A stretch of 64,000 nucleotides of DNA from assembly GCA_029856105.1 (NCBI GenBank), contig JAHQWH010000193.1:50449-114448 (forward strand), written 5' to 3'. Of the stretch, positions 49,682-58,961 are shown piece after piece (within the stretch, counting starts at the first letter, position 1; every line of letters begins with the position of its first letter). Source of the DNA: Promethearchaeia archaeon (GTDB taxonomy: Archaea; Asgardarchaeota; Lokiarchaeia; Sigyniarchaeales; SOKP01). The notes below the pieces were generated by a model that saw nothing but the letters and a program-made list of their open reading frames with translations, searched no databases and had not been told where the DNA came from. Made by a program: the position numbers and the translations under genes.

Positions 49682-51064
49682 ATTACGAAACGCATACCGA
49701 CTAAGATATTTGACGAATTTAACAAAAAAATAATAGATGTATCGTCGGCAGTTAAACAACTAATCGCATTAATAGAAAACAGTACTAAAGTTAACGACCG
49801 CTACGAAAGCCTTCAAATTTTAAGAATTATTGGAGATAATTTTGAAAATATTGGCGTAAAGAAGGAGGAGATTTTTAGTTTCTTTGAAAATTTACTTATT
49901 TCGGACTCAGATGAAAAAATCAGAAACGAAGCCGCTCTTATTTTGAGTTATAATTTTAAAGATAAAGCTTTGAACCCACTAATATGGGCCCTTCATCACG
50001 AAGAATCTCAAACTTGTTTGTATACAATTTTTGATTCATTAATAGCTATAATTAACAACTTAGAAAAAAGAAATGAACGCATTACAAAACTAATCTTGAT
50101 TCACGAGATAAAACAAATCGATGATAAAGATTTTAAAATTGGCTTCGAGACTTTAAATTTTGCTAAGGGTGCGAAAATATTTACTCGTATGGAATTAGCT
50201 GACATTTTAATTAATTATTTCACATTAATTTACTTGAAAAAGACTTATTGGAGATTGAAGTATACTCTTGACAGTTGTAAAATTGTGGAGTTAGATTTTA
50301 TATTTAAAGGTTTAACAAAATTTCCTATCGCTTTAAAACACCTTAAAGCACTTAAAAGGCTTACTCTAAGATACAATCAAATAATAGAAATTCCGGAGTG
50401 GATTAACTCTTTAAAATCGTTAGAATATCTTAATTTAAATGTAAATAATATAAATAAAATTCCTGATAATATAGGTTCGCTTTCTAAACTTAAGGAATTA
50501 TTACTTTGGAAGAATGAACTTCAAGATCTTCCAACCTCAATTTGTTCGTTAAAATTATTAGAACATTTAAATTTAAGATTAAACCAACTTACACTATTGC
50601 CCAATGAATTTGGAAATTTAATAAATCTTAAAACACTAAATCTCCACGATAATAAATTAACTTATTTTCCAGAATCTATATCATCTCTAAAATATTTAGT
50701 AGCTTTGAATTTAAGTTGGAATTTATTAACTACCCTCCCTTCCTCAATTAATCACCTATTATCATTGAAATCGTTAGACCTTGAAAGAAATGAATTAATA
50801 AATGTACCATCCTCAATAGGATCACTTGCTTCATTAGAAATCTTAAATTTAAGCGATAATAAATTAGGAACGATCCCTGAAACATTTGGAAATTTAAAAA
50901 ACTTAAAAATTTTAAACTTATCTAGAAACAAACTAACTGTACTTCCAGAATCAATCTCGTCTCTTGTACTTTTAGAAGAATTATATTTAGGAGAAAATAA
51001 TTTTAAAAATTATCCCTCTTTTTTAAAGAAATTAGAAGAAAAGGGGCTCCATATTTATATTTAA
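49682..51064 (+). CDS. HEAT-like N-terminus plus LRR protein; start extended to ATT at 49682
   Basis: 87 upstream in-frame codons (..AVKQLIALIENS..FENLLISDSDEKIRNEA) align with the N-terminus of the paralog at 48169. C-terminal LRRs. Confidence 0.88.
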   Translation: MTKRIPTKIFDEFNKKIIDVSSAVKQLIALIENSTKVNDRYESLQILRIIGDNFENIGVKKEEIFSFFENLLISDSDEKIRNEAALILSYNFKDKALNPLIWALHHEESQTCLYTIFDSLIAIINNLEKRNERITKLILIHEIKQIDDKDFKIGFETLNFAKGAKIFTRMELADILINYFTLIYLKKTYWRLKYTLDSCKIVELDFIFKGLTKFPIALKHLKALKRLTLRYNQIIEIPEWINSLKSLEYLNLNVNNINKIPDNIGSLSKLKELLLWKNELQDLPTSICSLKLLEHLNLRLNQLTLLPNEFGNLINLKTLNLHDNKLTYFPESISSLKYLVALNLSWNLLTTLPSSINHLLSLKSLDLERNELINVPSSIGSLASLEILNLSDNKLGTIPETFGNLKNLKILNLSRNKLTVLPESISSLVLLEELYLGENNFKNYPSFLKKLEEKGLHIYI

Positions 51065-51081
51065 TAAAAAGACTTTTTTCT

Positions 51082-52839
51082 TTATTGAGATTTATACAAA
51101 TCTTTAATTTCATCGACAGTAGTTATATCCTTTTGAGCCTTTTCTGGTCGAAACCGTAGAAAAACGGGAAATCTCAAGGAGAATCCTAAAGAGGGAAATT
51201 TATCGCTAATAGTTATTTCATCTCCCATAATTTCGATCACTACTTCCGGTTGAAACCATTGATCTGGTTTATCGTTACACATCACATCGTTAGGTTTTTT
51301 ATCTACTTCGTACAGCGACATTTCTTTCATTAAATTTTCTAAAATTTCGTCTGTCCAACCTGAAGCAACGCGAGTAAACGCTTTGAAAGAATCGTCTTCA
51401 GGATCGTAAACCGCTAAAATATAAGCGCTATAAACTCCTTTTCTACGACCTCTTCCATATATCCCTCCTATTATTACGCAATCTAGAGTATCGCTTAGTT
51501 TTCCCCCTTCTAAACCCTTTAATTTGATCCAGAGAAAACCACGATTCCCTGCTTGATATGTAGAATCCTCTTTAATAGATTTTGCAATAATTCCTTCCGT
51601 TCCATTATTTCGTGCTTCATTAAAAATATCTAATAATTCTTCTGTTGTGTTTATTAAAACGGATTTAACTAAATGTATCTCGTCCCTTTCCTTCACAATT
51701 TCTTCTAATTTTTTACGTCGTTCAAGGAATGGTTTTTCTATATAGGATTCGTCTTCAATTTTTAACAAATCAAATAAAAATAAGCTGACAGGAACTTCTT
51801 TTAAAACATCTTCGACATCATATTTTCTCCTTCTTTTACTTAAAACCTGAAATGGAAGCATTTTTTCGTAAAATGCATCCATAGCAACAATTTCTCCTTC
51901 AATAATAGCGTTACTTACTTTCAAATTTTCTCTTATAATTTGACAAACATCTGGATACTGTTTAGATATCTCAAGTAATCGCCGTGAAAAGAGCAAAACA
52001 TTATCTCCTTGCTTGTGAATTTGTAATCTCTCTCCGTCTAATTTATATTCTGCTATTAATGGTGAACCTGTTTTTTCAATAATTCCTCCATAAGGAACCC
52101 GAGAGGCGAGCATACTTCGAATTGGAACGCCATAACTAATACTAATCTTTTTTACTTCTTCTATACCGTTTTCTGCTAAAATTATTGTAATATCTCCTAA
52201 ATCAGGATGCAAATTATAGGCTTTTTCGATATATTCTCTATTCTTTTTAACGCCAGTAAACCCTAAAGCTAACCCATCAATGATTGTTAAAGTTGATACG
52301 CCTACTCTTAGAGTTGATGTAATTATGCGTAATAAATACTTAATCTCTAAAGGAGAACTTTTACTCATTAAACCTCTTAAAATTCCTAGTTTCACGTCCT
52401 GTGATCCTGCTCCTTTACTTAAGGCAATTTTCTGTAAAGCAGAATATAATTCAGAAATCTTTAATAAAGATTCTAATTCACTAGGTTTATCTTCAAAATC
52501 AAATAGAGATTTTTGCTTTTTCTTTTTTGTTAAAATTGATTCAGCAGTAGCCCCAATATCTCCAATTTTTATTAGAACTTCTTTTATTTTTTTTTTTCCG
52601 ATCCCAGAATGTAAAGATAGCGCTTCAATTATCATTTTTTCTGCAAGACCGATTTTTGGAAATTGTTTTATATTTGAAACTAATTGACCTTGCAACAAAT
52701 AGATTATTTTATCTAAATCCTTAAAATTCTTATTCTTTTTTATATTTCCAAAAAATGTTGACAAGATATCGATCATTTCGAGCCTTTTTGGGGTAGCCTC
52801 TAAATCAGAAAATAAAACTGCTAATGTTATGAATTTCAT
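51082..52839 (-). CDS. lig: ATP-dependent DNA ligase
   Basis: Motif I EYKLDGER, IIEGEIV, FLFDLL, EGIIAK, WIKLK and SLRFPVFLRFRPEK. Confidence 0.97.
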   Translation of the reverse strand: MKFITLAVLFSDLEATPKRLEMIDILSTFFGNIKKNKNFKDLDKIIYLLQGQLVSNIKQFPKIGLAEKMIIEALSLHSGIGKKKIKEVLIKIGDIGATAESILTKKKKQKSLFDFEDKPSELESLLKISELYSALQKIALSKGAGSQDVKLGILRGLMSKSSPLEIKYLLRIITSTLRVGVSTLTIIDGLALGFTGVKKNREYIEKAYNLHPDLGDITIILAENGIEEVKKISISYGVPIRSMLASRVPYGGIIEKTGSPLIAEYKLDGERLQIHKQGDNVLLFSRRLLEISKQYPDVCQIIRENLKVSNAIIEGEIVAMDAFYEKMLPFQVLSKRRRKYDVEDVLKEVPVSLFLFDLLKIEDESYIEKPFLERRKKLEEIVKERDEIHLVKSVLINTTEELLDIFNEARNNGTEGIIAKSIKEDSTYQAGNRGFLWIKLKGLEGGKLSDTLDCVIIGGIYGRGRRKGVYSAYILAVYDPEDDSFKAFTRVASGWTDEILENLMKEMSLYEVDKKPNDVMCNDKPDQWFQPEVVIEIMGDEITISDKFPSLGFSLRFPVFLRFRPEKAQKDITTVDEIKDLYKSQ

Positions 52840-52977
52840 AATTTTACAAAATTATTTTGTTAAAAATATTAAATATAATACTAAGAATCGAAACTCTTAT
52901 TCTTAATAATAATAAAGAAAATAGCTTAAAATTTAAATTCCAATATACAATATATAAAAAATTAGGAAAAAAAAGAA

Positions 52978-53838
52978 TTATATTAGCTTTGATAGTTCGA
53001 CAAATTTTTTTTGAATTTCCGTTTTAATCTTAGTAGAGATGCCTGAAAAAGAATCTACTGTAAATTTAATCTTACCTTCGACAATTGAGAATTCACACAC
53101 TCTTCCATCCATATGTTCGACGGAATAACTCCCATCTTCTTTTCTTGAAATCCAAATATCATCGTAATGATCTAAAACTCCCATTAAAACAAATCCTATT
53201 TTAGCTTGGATGGAAAGACCTAACGCAGGTTTAGACGCAACTTTGGGTTCTGGTGTAGAAACTTTTGTAGTAGATGTTGATGGCTTTACCGTTGGTTTGC
53301 TTTCTATAACAGGATCTGGCTTAATATCATATTCAGAAGCAAATTTCATTTCTGTTTTTACAACTTTAGGAGGTTCTTGCACGATTATGGGTTCAGGTTC
53401 AGGTTTAGGTTCAGGCTTAGATTCAGGTTTAGGTATTACTTTTACAATGGGTTCTACAATTTCTTTTAATTCAAAGGTTATAACAAAATTATCTAATTCC
53501 TTATACTCTCTATTTAATAAAGTTTGAAGCTCTTCATTTATTTCATCGATTTCAAGAACCCTGCCAATTTTCCTTTGATCAATTTCTTTTAAATCTCTAG
53601 TATCTCTCCCGATTATGCTTTTACCGACAGTAAATCCGTGCCCTCTTAGTGATTGAGCTTGTCTAAGCGCAGTTCTTCTTGAAACCAAACCTTGCTTTGC
53701 CCCATACCATAAAAAAAGAGAGGAAGATCCCTCATCTAAGATGATAATATTGCTTTCAGCTGTGAGACTTTCTTTATTCCATTTTATAGGCGTACTTACT
53801 CCGCCTTCTAAAACATTAAACATAATAGCAAATTGCAC
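52978..53838 (-). CDS. Single gelsolin-like domain protein with Pro/Lys/Glu-rich linker and C-terminal domain
   Basis: SLTAESNIIILDEGSSSLFLWYGAKQGLVSRRTALRQAQSL fits the gelsolin repeat pattern. Confidence 0.65.
   Translation of the reverse strand: MQFAIMFNVLEGGVSTPIKWNKESLTAESNIIILDEGSSSLFLWYGAKQGLVSRRTALRQAQSLRGHGFTVGKSIIGRDTRDLKEIDQRKIGRVLEIDEINEELQTLLNREYKELDNFVITFELKEIVEPIVKVIPKPESKPEPKPEPEPIIVQEPPKVVKTEMKFASEYDIKPDPVIESKPTVKPSTSTTKVSTPEPKVASKPALGLSIQAKIGFVLMGVLDHYDDIWISRKEDGSYSVEHMDGRVCEFSIVEGKIKFTVDSFSGISTKIKTEIQKKFVELSKLI
53390..53434. repeat. Degenerate hexamer repeat encoding the PKPESKPEPKPEPEP linker
   Basis: gttcaggttcaggtttaggttcaggcttagattcaggtttaggt. Confidence 0.7.
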
Positions 53839-54096
53839 TTTAAATCACACTTTATCTCTATCTTCTATAAATAATATTATAAAATTAATAGATTTCATAC
53901 ATTTAAAAATTGAGTTTTTTGACTTGTTTTTATAAATAGAAAAAAAAAGTTGAATTCGAAGGACAGCAAGTCTCTAAAAAATCAGTGAATGGGGATTTAA
54001 AAGAAAAAAAATAAATGTTATAACATAGTTATATAAAATATTAAATTATAAAGAAATTGCTACCAAATAGTCTATTTTAAAAAAAAGGTAATCGAG

Positions 54097-55188
54097 ATGG
54101 AATTAGAAAAGTTAATTAGAGAAAATCTTCGAAATTATAACGCTTATGAACCAGAAGAACAACCGGAAGGAGACGGCTGGGTACAATTAAACTCAACTGA
54201 TAACGCATACCCCCCAATCCAAGAAATACTAGATGATTTAAAATTAGCTATAGAAAATAAAGATTTGTTACGAAAATACCCCGATTCGTTAGCTCTTGAG
54301 GTTCGTAAAGCGGTCCTAAATCAACTATTGAGAGATAAAGATACATTAACTAATAGAAATACTGTTTTTGTAGGAAATGGTTCCAGCGATATTTTGGATG
54401 TAATTTTCAAAGTATTTGTTAATCTAGGAGATGAGGTTATTATATTCTATCCTACTTTTGGATTATATAAAGTTTTAGCTAATCTTTATGGCGCAAAAAT
54501 CACCGAGATTAAATTGGATGACAAATTTAAGATACCAGAAAGTGTTTATAACCAAAAAGGAAAATTACTCTTTATAAATTCACCAAACGATCCTAGCGGG
54601 AAGTCGTTTGATAATGATACTATTCTTAAAATTTGCCACAATTTTCCTGGAATTGTTGTAGTGGATGAAGCGTACGCTGATTTCTCAGAATATACGTGTT
54701 TACCATTACTGAAAAATGTAAAAAATTTAATTGTTTGCAGATCGTTCTCAAAAGCTTTCTCACTTGCTTCCTTAAGAATTGGATACGCTTTAGCTGATGC
54801 CTCTATCGTTAAAGAAATGAATAGCGTTAAATTACCTTTTAATACAAATTATATCGCACAACATGCTGCATTATCTTGTATAAAACATAGAAATAAAGTA
54901 TACGATCAAAATAAGAATATAATCACAGAGAGAAAAAGATTGTCAGAAATACTTAATAAGTATGCAGGTGTCAGCGTGCAACCCTCAGATGCGAATTTTA
55001 TCTTTATTAAATTTGATGACAAATCAACTACTTTAAAATTTTTATGGGATTTAAAAGACATCAAAATCTTAGTACGGCACTTCAGCAAACCGGACCTTTA
55101 TAACTATATTAGAATAACTGTTGGAACAAAAGAAGAAAATAATAAGTTCTTGCAAGCATTTAATACTGTTGCTGACAAATATTTATAA
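54097..55188 (+). CDS. hisC: Histidinol-phosphate aminotransferase-family PLP enzyme
   Basis: YPD, GNGSSD, PTFGLY, VVDEAYADF, RSFSKAFSLASLRIGY, ANF and RITVG. Confidence 0.8.
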   Translation: MELEKLIRENLRNYNAYEPEEQPEGDGWVQLNSTDNAYPPIQEILDDLKLAIENKDLLRKYPDSLALEVRKAVLNQLLRDKDTLTNRNTVFVGNGSSDILDVIFKVFVNLGDEVIIFYPTFGLYKVLANLYGAKITEIKLDDKFKIPESVYNQKGKLLFINSPNDPSGKSFDNDTILKICHNFPGIVVVDEAYADFSEYTCLPLLKNVKNLIVCRSFSKAFSLASLRIGYALADASIVKEMNSVKLPFNTNYIAQHAALSCIKHRNKVYDQNKNIITERKRLSEILNKYAGVSVQPSDANFIFIKFDDKSTTLKFLWDLKDIKILVRHFSKPDLYNYIRITVGTKEENNKFLQAFNTVADKYL

Positions 55189-55283
55189 TCTTTAATAAGA
55201 TTTACATAATTTTTTATTTCCAAACTTCAATTATTATTTATTATATTTTATTAATTTAACATTTTTGGCGGAGTTGGTAAAAC

Positions 55284-56471
55284 ATTTTTAGCACAGACAA
55301 TCGTAAAACCCTAAAGTGCAAAGATTGTGGTTATACAATTGTAAAACCATATCCGGAAGACCAACTTTGCCCCAAATGCAGAAAATTCTTAGCAAATTTG
55401 TTTGAATATACCGATTCAGAAATTAGTGAACCGAAAAGGATTATCCCTCAACAATATAAAACAAAAACTTCAACAGCTTCCTCAAAATTAAAAGGTAAAG
55501 TCAGAGTAAAGCAAGTAGCAACTAAATTTTCTTTAGAAGACGAAAAAATTATATTAAAAGGGGGCGGAAAAGGAGACGGAGGAGAATACATACAATTCTG
55601 TGGAATAACCTCGGTAGAGAGAACTCCCTTATTTGCAAGTAATAGTAAACTAACTTATTTATTAGAATTATCAAATAACTTAGATTTCATTGCTACTAGC
55701 ATTTTAGGTGGAGACCTTGACAAAATGCTCCTCAAATCCGAAAACAACGAAGATGTAAAATGCCAATTCTTCGAAAAGAATAATATCATATATTTAATCT
55801 ATGGTGTTTTTCCCGATAAAAAGGGAAAGTGGTTTCTCGAACAAATGGCGAAGTATTATTCAGATCTAGTACGAGGTAAAGACGTTAACAACTTAACAAA
55901 AATAGATAAATTTGAAATTAATAATAAGTTTAAGGGTCATCTTATTTTTATCTTAAAGGAATATTTACAATTACAGGATGTATTTTCAGACCAAGAAATT
56001 CCATATTTAGAGGATTGGATAAGAATTGATTACCTTGGATTGTCATCAATGTCGATTGGTGTAATTTCGCTCTTACTTGATGAAGAAGGTCAATTGATTG
56101 TAAAAGTACCGGGAGAATTTGAGAATCTAGAAGAAGAGATGGAAATGAAAGAATCGCTACTAACTGCCCAAATAGAGGCAATTGCTGCGAACACGTTAGG
56201 AAACACTGGTGCGTATCCACGCTGGATTGCTGTTAAATTGGGGTTTCAAAAGTATCGATTTTTAACTTTTAGAAAATATCAAAATGACTATTTTCTTTCT
56301 TTCTTATCTGAAGGAAATTTAAGGAAGATCGAAGATGTAGAAGCCCAAATAGAACCTATCTTATATCATGGTATCAGTGAACCTTTTTCGGGAAATTTAA
56401 GACCTTTCAATAGGCTAAAAGCTACAATTAAAGATTTGTTTAAGAAAGTTCCTAAACGCAAATTTACTTAA
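55284..56471 (+). CDS. Hypothetical protein with N-terminal Zn ribbon; start extended to ATT at 55284
   Basis: Upstream in-frame CKDCG..CPKC lies before the track TTG (55398). The remainder has alpha/beta segments reminiscent of longin/roadblock folds. Confidence 0.75.
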   Translation: MFSTDNRKTLKCKDCGYTIVKPYPEDQLCPKCRKFLANLFEYTDSEISEPKRIIPQQYKTKTSTASSKLKGKVRVKQVATKFSLEDEKIILKGGGKGDGGEYIQFCGITSVERTPLFASNSKLTYLLELSNNLDFIATSILGGDLDKMLLKSENNEDVKCQFFEKNNIIYLIYGVFPDKKGKWFLEQMAKYYSDLVRGKDVNNLTKIDKFEINNKFKGHLIFILKEYLQLQDVFSDQEIPYLEDWIRIDYLGLSSMSIGVISLLLDEEGQLIVKVPGEFENLEEEMEMKESLLTAQIEAIAANTLGNTGAYPRWIAVKLGFQKYRFLTFRKYQNDYFLSFLSEGNLRKIEDVEAQIEPILYHGISEPFSGNLRPFNRLKATIKDLFKKVPKRKFT

Positions 56472-56543
56472 ATTTTTTATTTTTAGATCATTTTTAATTA
56501 ATAAATCAGTGTACAAACATTTAATAAATAACAATATCGCATA

Positions 56544-57500
56544 ATGGAGTTAAATCCTCAAACTATATTTGAAGAGTATTGTAATGAACTCTTAGATAAA
56601 TCTTCTGCCACTAATTTGTTGATTTCTATCATTGAGAACTACGAGGAAGATATAATTAGAGCAGATTCTATTAATATATTAGGTAAAATGAATTTAAAAG
56701 ATCAGAATTTATTCAATTTCTTTGAAAACATATTTCTTTCTGATTCAAGTGAGATTGTAAGGAACGCATCTGCTAGCTATATTGGTAATAATTACCTAAA
56801 TAATACTTTAACTCTATTTAAATGGGCGATTCAGCACGAAACTTCTTATCATTGCTTAATTACTATAATAAAATATTTAGTAAAAATGAATTCTCGCGAT
56901 TCTAAATTAATTTTAATCGAACAATTAAAAAAAATTAAAAAGATTCAATTTTTGAGTATTGAAAAAGGCTTCGAGAATAAAAAGTATAGAAAATCTCTAA
57001 AAGCTCTACTCAAAACAAATAGAGTTAAAAATTTTACCACGACACAACTAGCTGAAATTTTAATTGATTATTTAACTATTAAACACCTAATAGATAAAAT
57101 TCCGAATGTGTATTTTGAACTAGACCCTAATACAATACTGGTTGAAAAATTAGATTTATCAGATTATCTTGAATTTGAAGTTAGAGGCACTCCATGGGAT
57201 TGGAAAAACAACATTCGTGAAATTTCTGAAATATCAGGTTTACACAATTTAAATTATTTAAAAATATTAGATCTTTCAAATAATCAAATAAAAAATGTAA
57301 AAGGATTGATTAAACTAAAAAATTTGACTCATTTAATATTATCAAACAATAAAATTAGCGATTCAATAAATCTAAAATACCTCAAACAATTACCAAAACT
57401 CCAGTATTTAGATTTATATGGCAATTCTATTGTGGAGGTTGTAAAAAATGATGATTTCAATCCAAATATAAGAGTTTTATTAAAAAGAGACATAGAATAA
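56544..57500 (+). CDS. HEAT-like N-terminus plus short LRR protein
   Basis: MELNP..ENIFLSDS..WAIQHETS N-terminus shared with the LRR paralogs; LDLSNNQI and LILSNNKI repeats. Confidence 0.88.
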   Translation: MELNPQTIFEEYCNELLDKSSATNLLISIIENYEEDIIRADSINILGKMNLKDQNLFNFFENIFLSDSSEIVRNASASYIGNNYLNNTLTLFKWAIQHETSYHCLITIIKYLVKMNSRDSKLILIEQLKKIKKIQFLSIEKGFENKKYRKSLKALLKTNRVKNFTTTQLAEILIDYLTIKHLIDKIPNVYFELDPNTILVEKLDLSDYLEFEVRGTPWDWKNNIREISEISGLHNLNYLKILDLSNNQIKNVKGLIKLKNLTHLILSNNKISDSINLKYLKQLPKLQYLDLYGNSIVEVVKNDDFNPNIRVLLKRDIE

Positions 57501-57544
57501 AGTTTGAAAATAAAATAAAAAATAAATAAAAAAGAAGTTATATC

Positions 57545-58861
57545 TTATTCGATTAATGCAGTCTTTCCGGTACCCCACACTCCAAGAGCTACTCCCAATT
57601 CCTTGTGTTCTTTAGCGTACTCCTTTACACTTATCCCTTGCATTACCGCATCAATTGCTTGCCTAAATGCTTTTGCCCCTGATGTTGGACCATCTGGATG
57701 GCTATGAATTCCCCCTCCACTTCCAATTAAAATATCATTACCTGCTTCTTTCATGGCTTTCTCCACCATCCCCTGCGTGATTCCTCCACTTGGCATTGGA
57801 AGAGTAGGTTTAATATGTTGAAACGGAAATCTGAGCGTTTTTAAAATTGTTTCGTACCTTTCATCTAATATTTCTGCCTTGCCATACGGTGCTGGAACGA
57901 CAACTGAATCAGCTCCACACATTCTTGGGAATTTAGCAAGAGTTAGCATGCTTGTTAATCCTGTCCAATGACCGCCAAAATATGCGCCTGAAAAATCCAT
58001 GTGTCCTAAGATTGGTACTTTTATTGAAGGATCTTCCGCAACAGCTCTTAATGCTTCGAAACCAGCTGTGCAAAAATTTATCATTAAAGCGTTTGCGCCC
58101 ATTTCGACCATTCTATCAGCGTATTCAAACATTTCTGGGAATTTACTAGTGATATTTATTGTATATAAAGTCTTTTCTCCTTTTTCTGAATCTGCTCTAT
58201 CGATACTTTCCATAACTGCGCTAATTCTGTCTTCTAAAGTGTTAAACGATGGGTTTGAAATTAACTCGTCGTCTTTTACGACATCACAACCTCCAACTGC
58301 AGCTTGATATACTAAGTCCGCAGCGACTTCACATGTATGTCCCGTACATGGTTTTACCATATTATTTAACATTGGCCTTTCGGGCACTTTCAAGAGTTTT
58401 CTGAGCCCATCAATTCCAAATTTTGGACCCTTGAAATCTTTTAAATATTCTTTTGGAAACGCGAGATCAACTAATTTCAATCCATGTGTAATACTAATAT
58501 TACCAATAACTGAAGTAAGAAGCATTGGGATTCCATCTCCCTTAATATTAATTATTGGGAAACCAATCTGAACGAAATATAATCGTTCCTTAACATCCTT
58601 TGGAATCACATATTCGTAATGTGGTATTTCATAGACACCTAATACCCGAGCCACGTGATTTTTTCTCACTTCTTCAGTTTCAGCCGGTACTCGAACCCAA
58701 GTTCCTGTCGATTGTTCAATTGCCGCAAATCGAGATAAATAATTCACATTCATTCCTTTTGGTCGTTTGATGATATAACTTGCGATAATGTATTTCTCTA
58801 AATCAATACCATCTAAACCTATTGCCTCTGGTGTATCTAAATATTTTTCAGTACTATCCAT
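57545..58861 (-). CDS. RuBisCO-like protein (form IV, RLP)
   Basis: EQSTGTW, GPKFG, GGCDVVKDDE, PSGG and GGGIHSHPDG are present. KPCTG, GHMD and VVVP replace the KPKxG, HRA and His motifs of carboxylating RuBisCO. Confidence 0.9.
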   Translation of the reverse strand: MDSTEKYLDTPEAIGLDGIDLEKYIIASYIIKRPKGMNVNYLSRFAAIEQSTGTWVRVPAETEEVRKNHVARVLGVYEIPHYEYVIPKDVKERLYFVQIGFPIINIKGDGIPMLLTSVIGNISITHGLKLVDLAFPKEYLKDFKGPKFGIDGLRKLLKVPERPMLNNMVKPCTGHTCEVAADLVYQAAVGGCDVVKDDELISNPSFNTLEDRISAVMESIDRADSEKGEKTLYTINITSKFPEMFEYADRMVEMGANALMINFCTAGFEALRAVAEDPSIKVPILGHMDFSGAYFGGHWTGLTSMLTLAKFPRMCGADSVVVPAPYGKAEILDERYETILKTLRFPFQHIKPTLPMPSGGITQGMVEKAMKEAGNDILIGSGGGIHSHPDGPTSGAKAFRQAIDAVMQGISVKEYAKEHKELGVALGVWGTGKTALIE

Positions 58862-58961
58862 AATTACATCAAAAATAATAATTGATTAACATTGAAAAAT
58901 TTTTTTATAAAGAAATAAAGAAATAAAAAAAAAAAAATAAAAAAATAAAATTTATGTAAAT

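Noticed and set aside
1172-55188. Histidine theme (tRNA-His, hisS, hisC)
   Set aside because: The genes are tens of kb apart with unrelated genes between them; probably coincidence.
57545-58861. Carbon-fixing form III RuBisCO
   Set aside because: Several catalytic and substrate-binding residues are substituted, indicating a form IV RLP.
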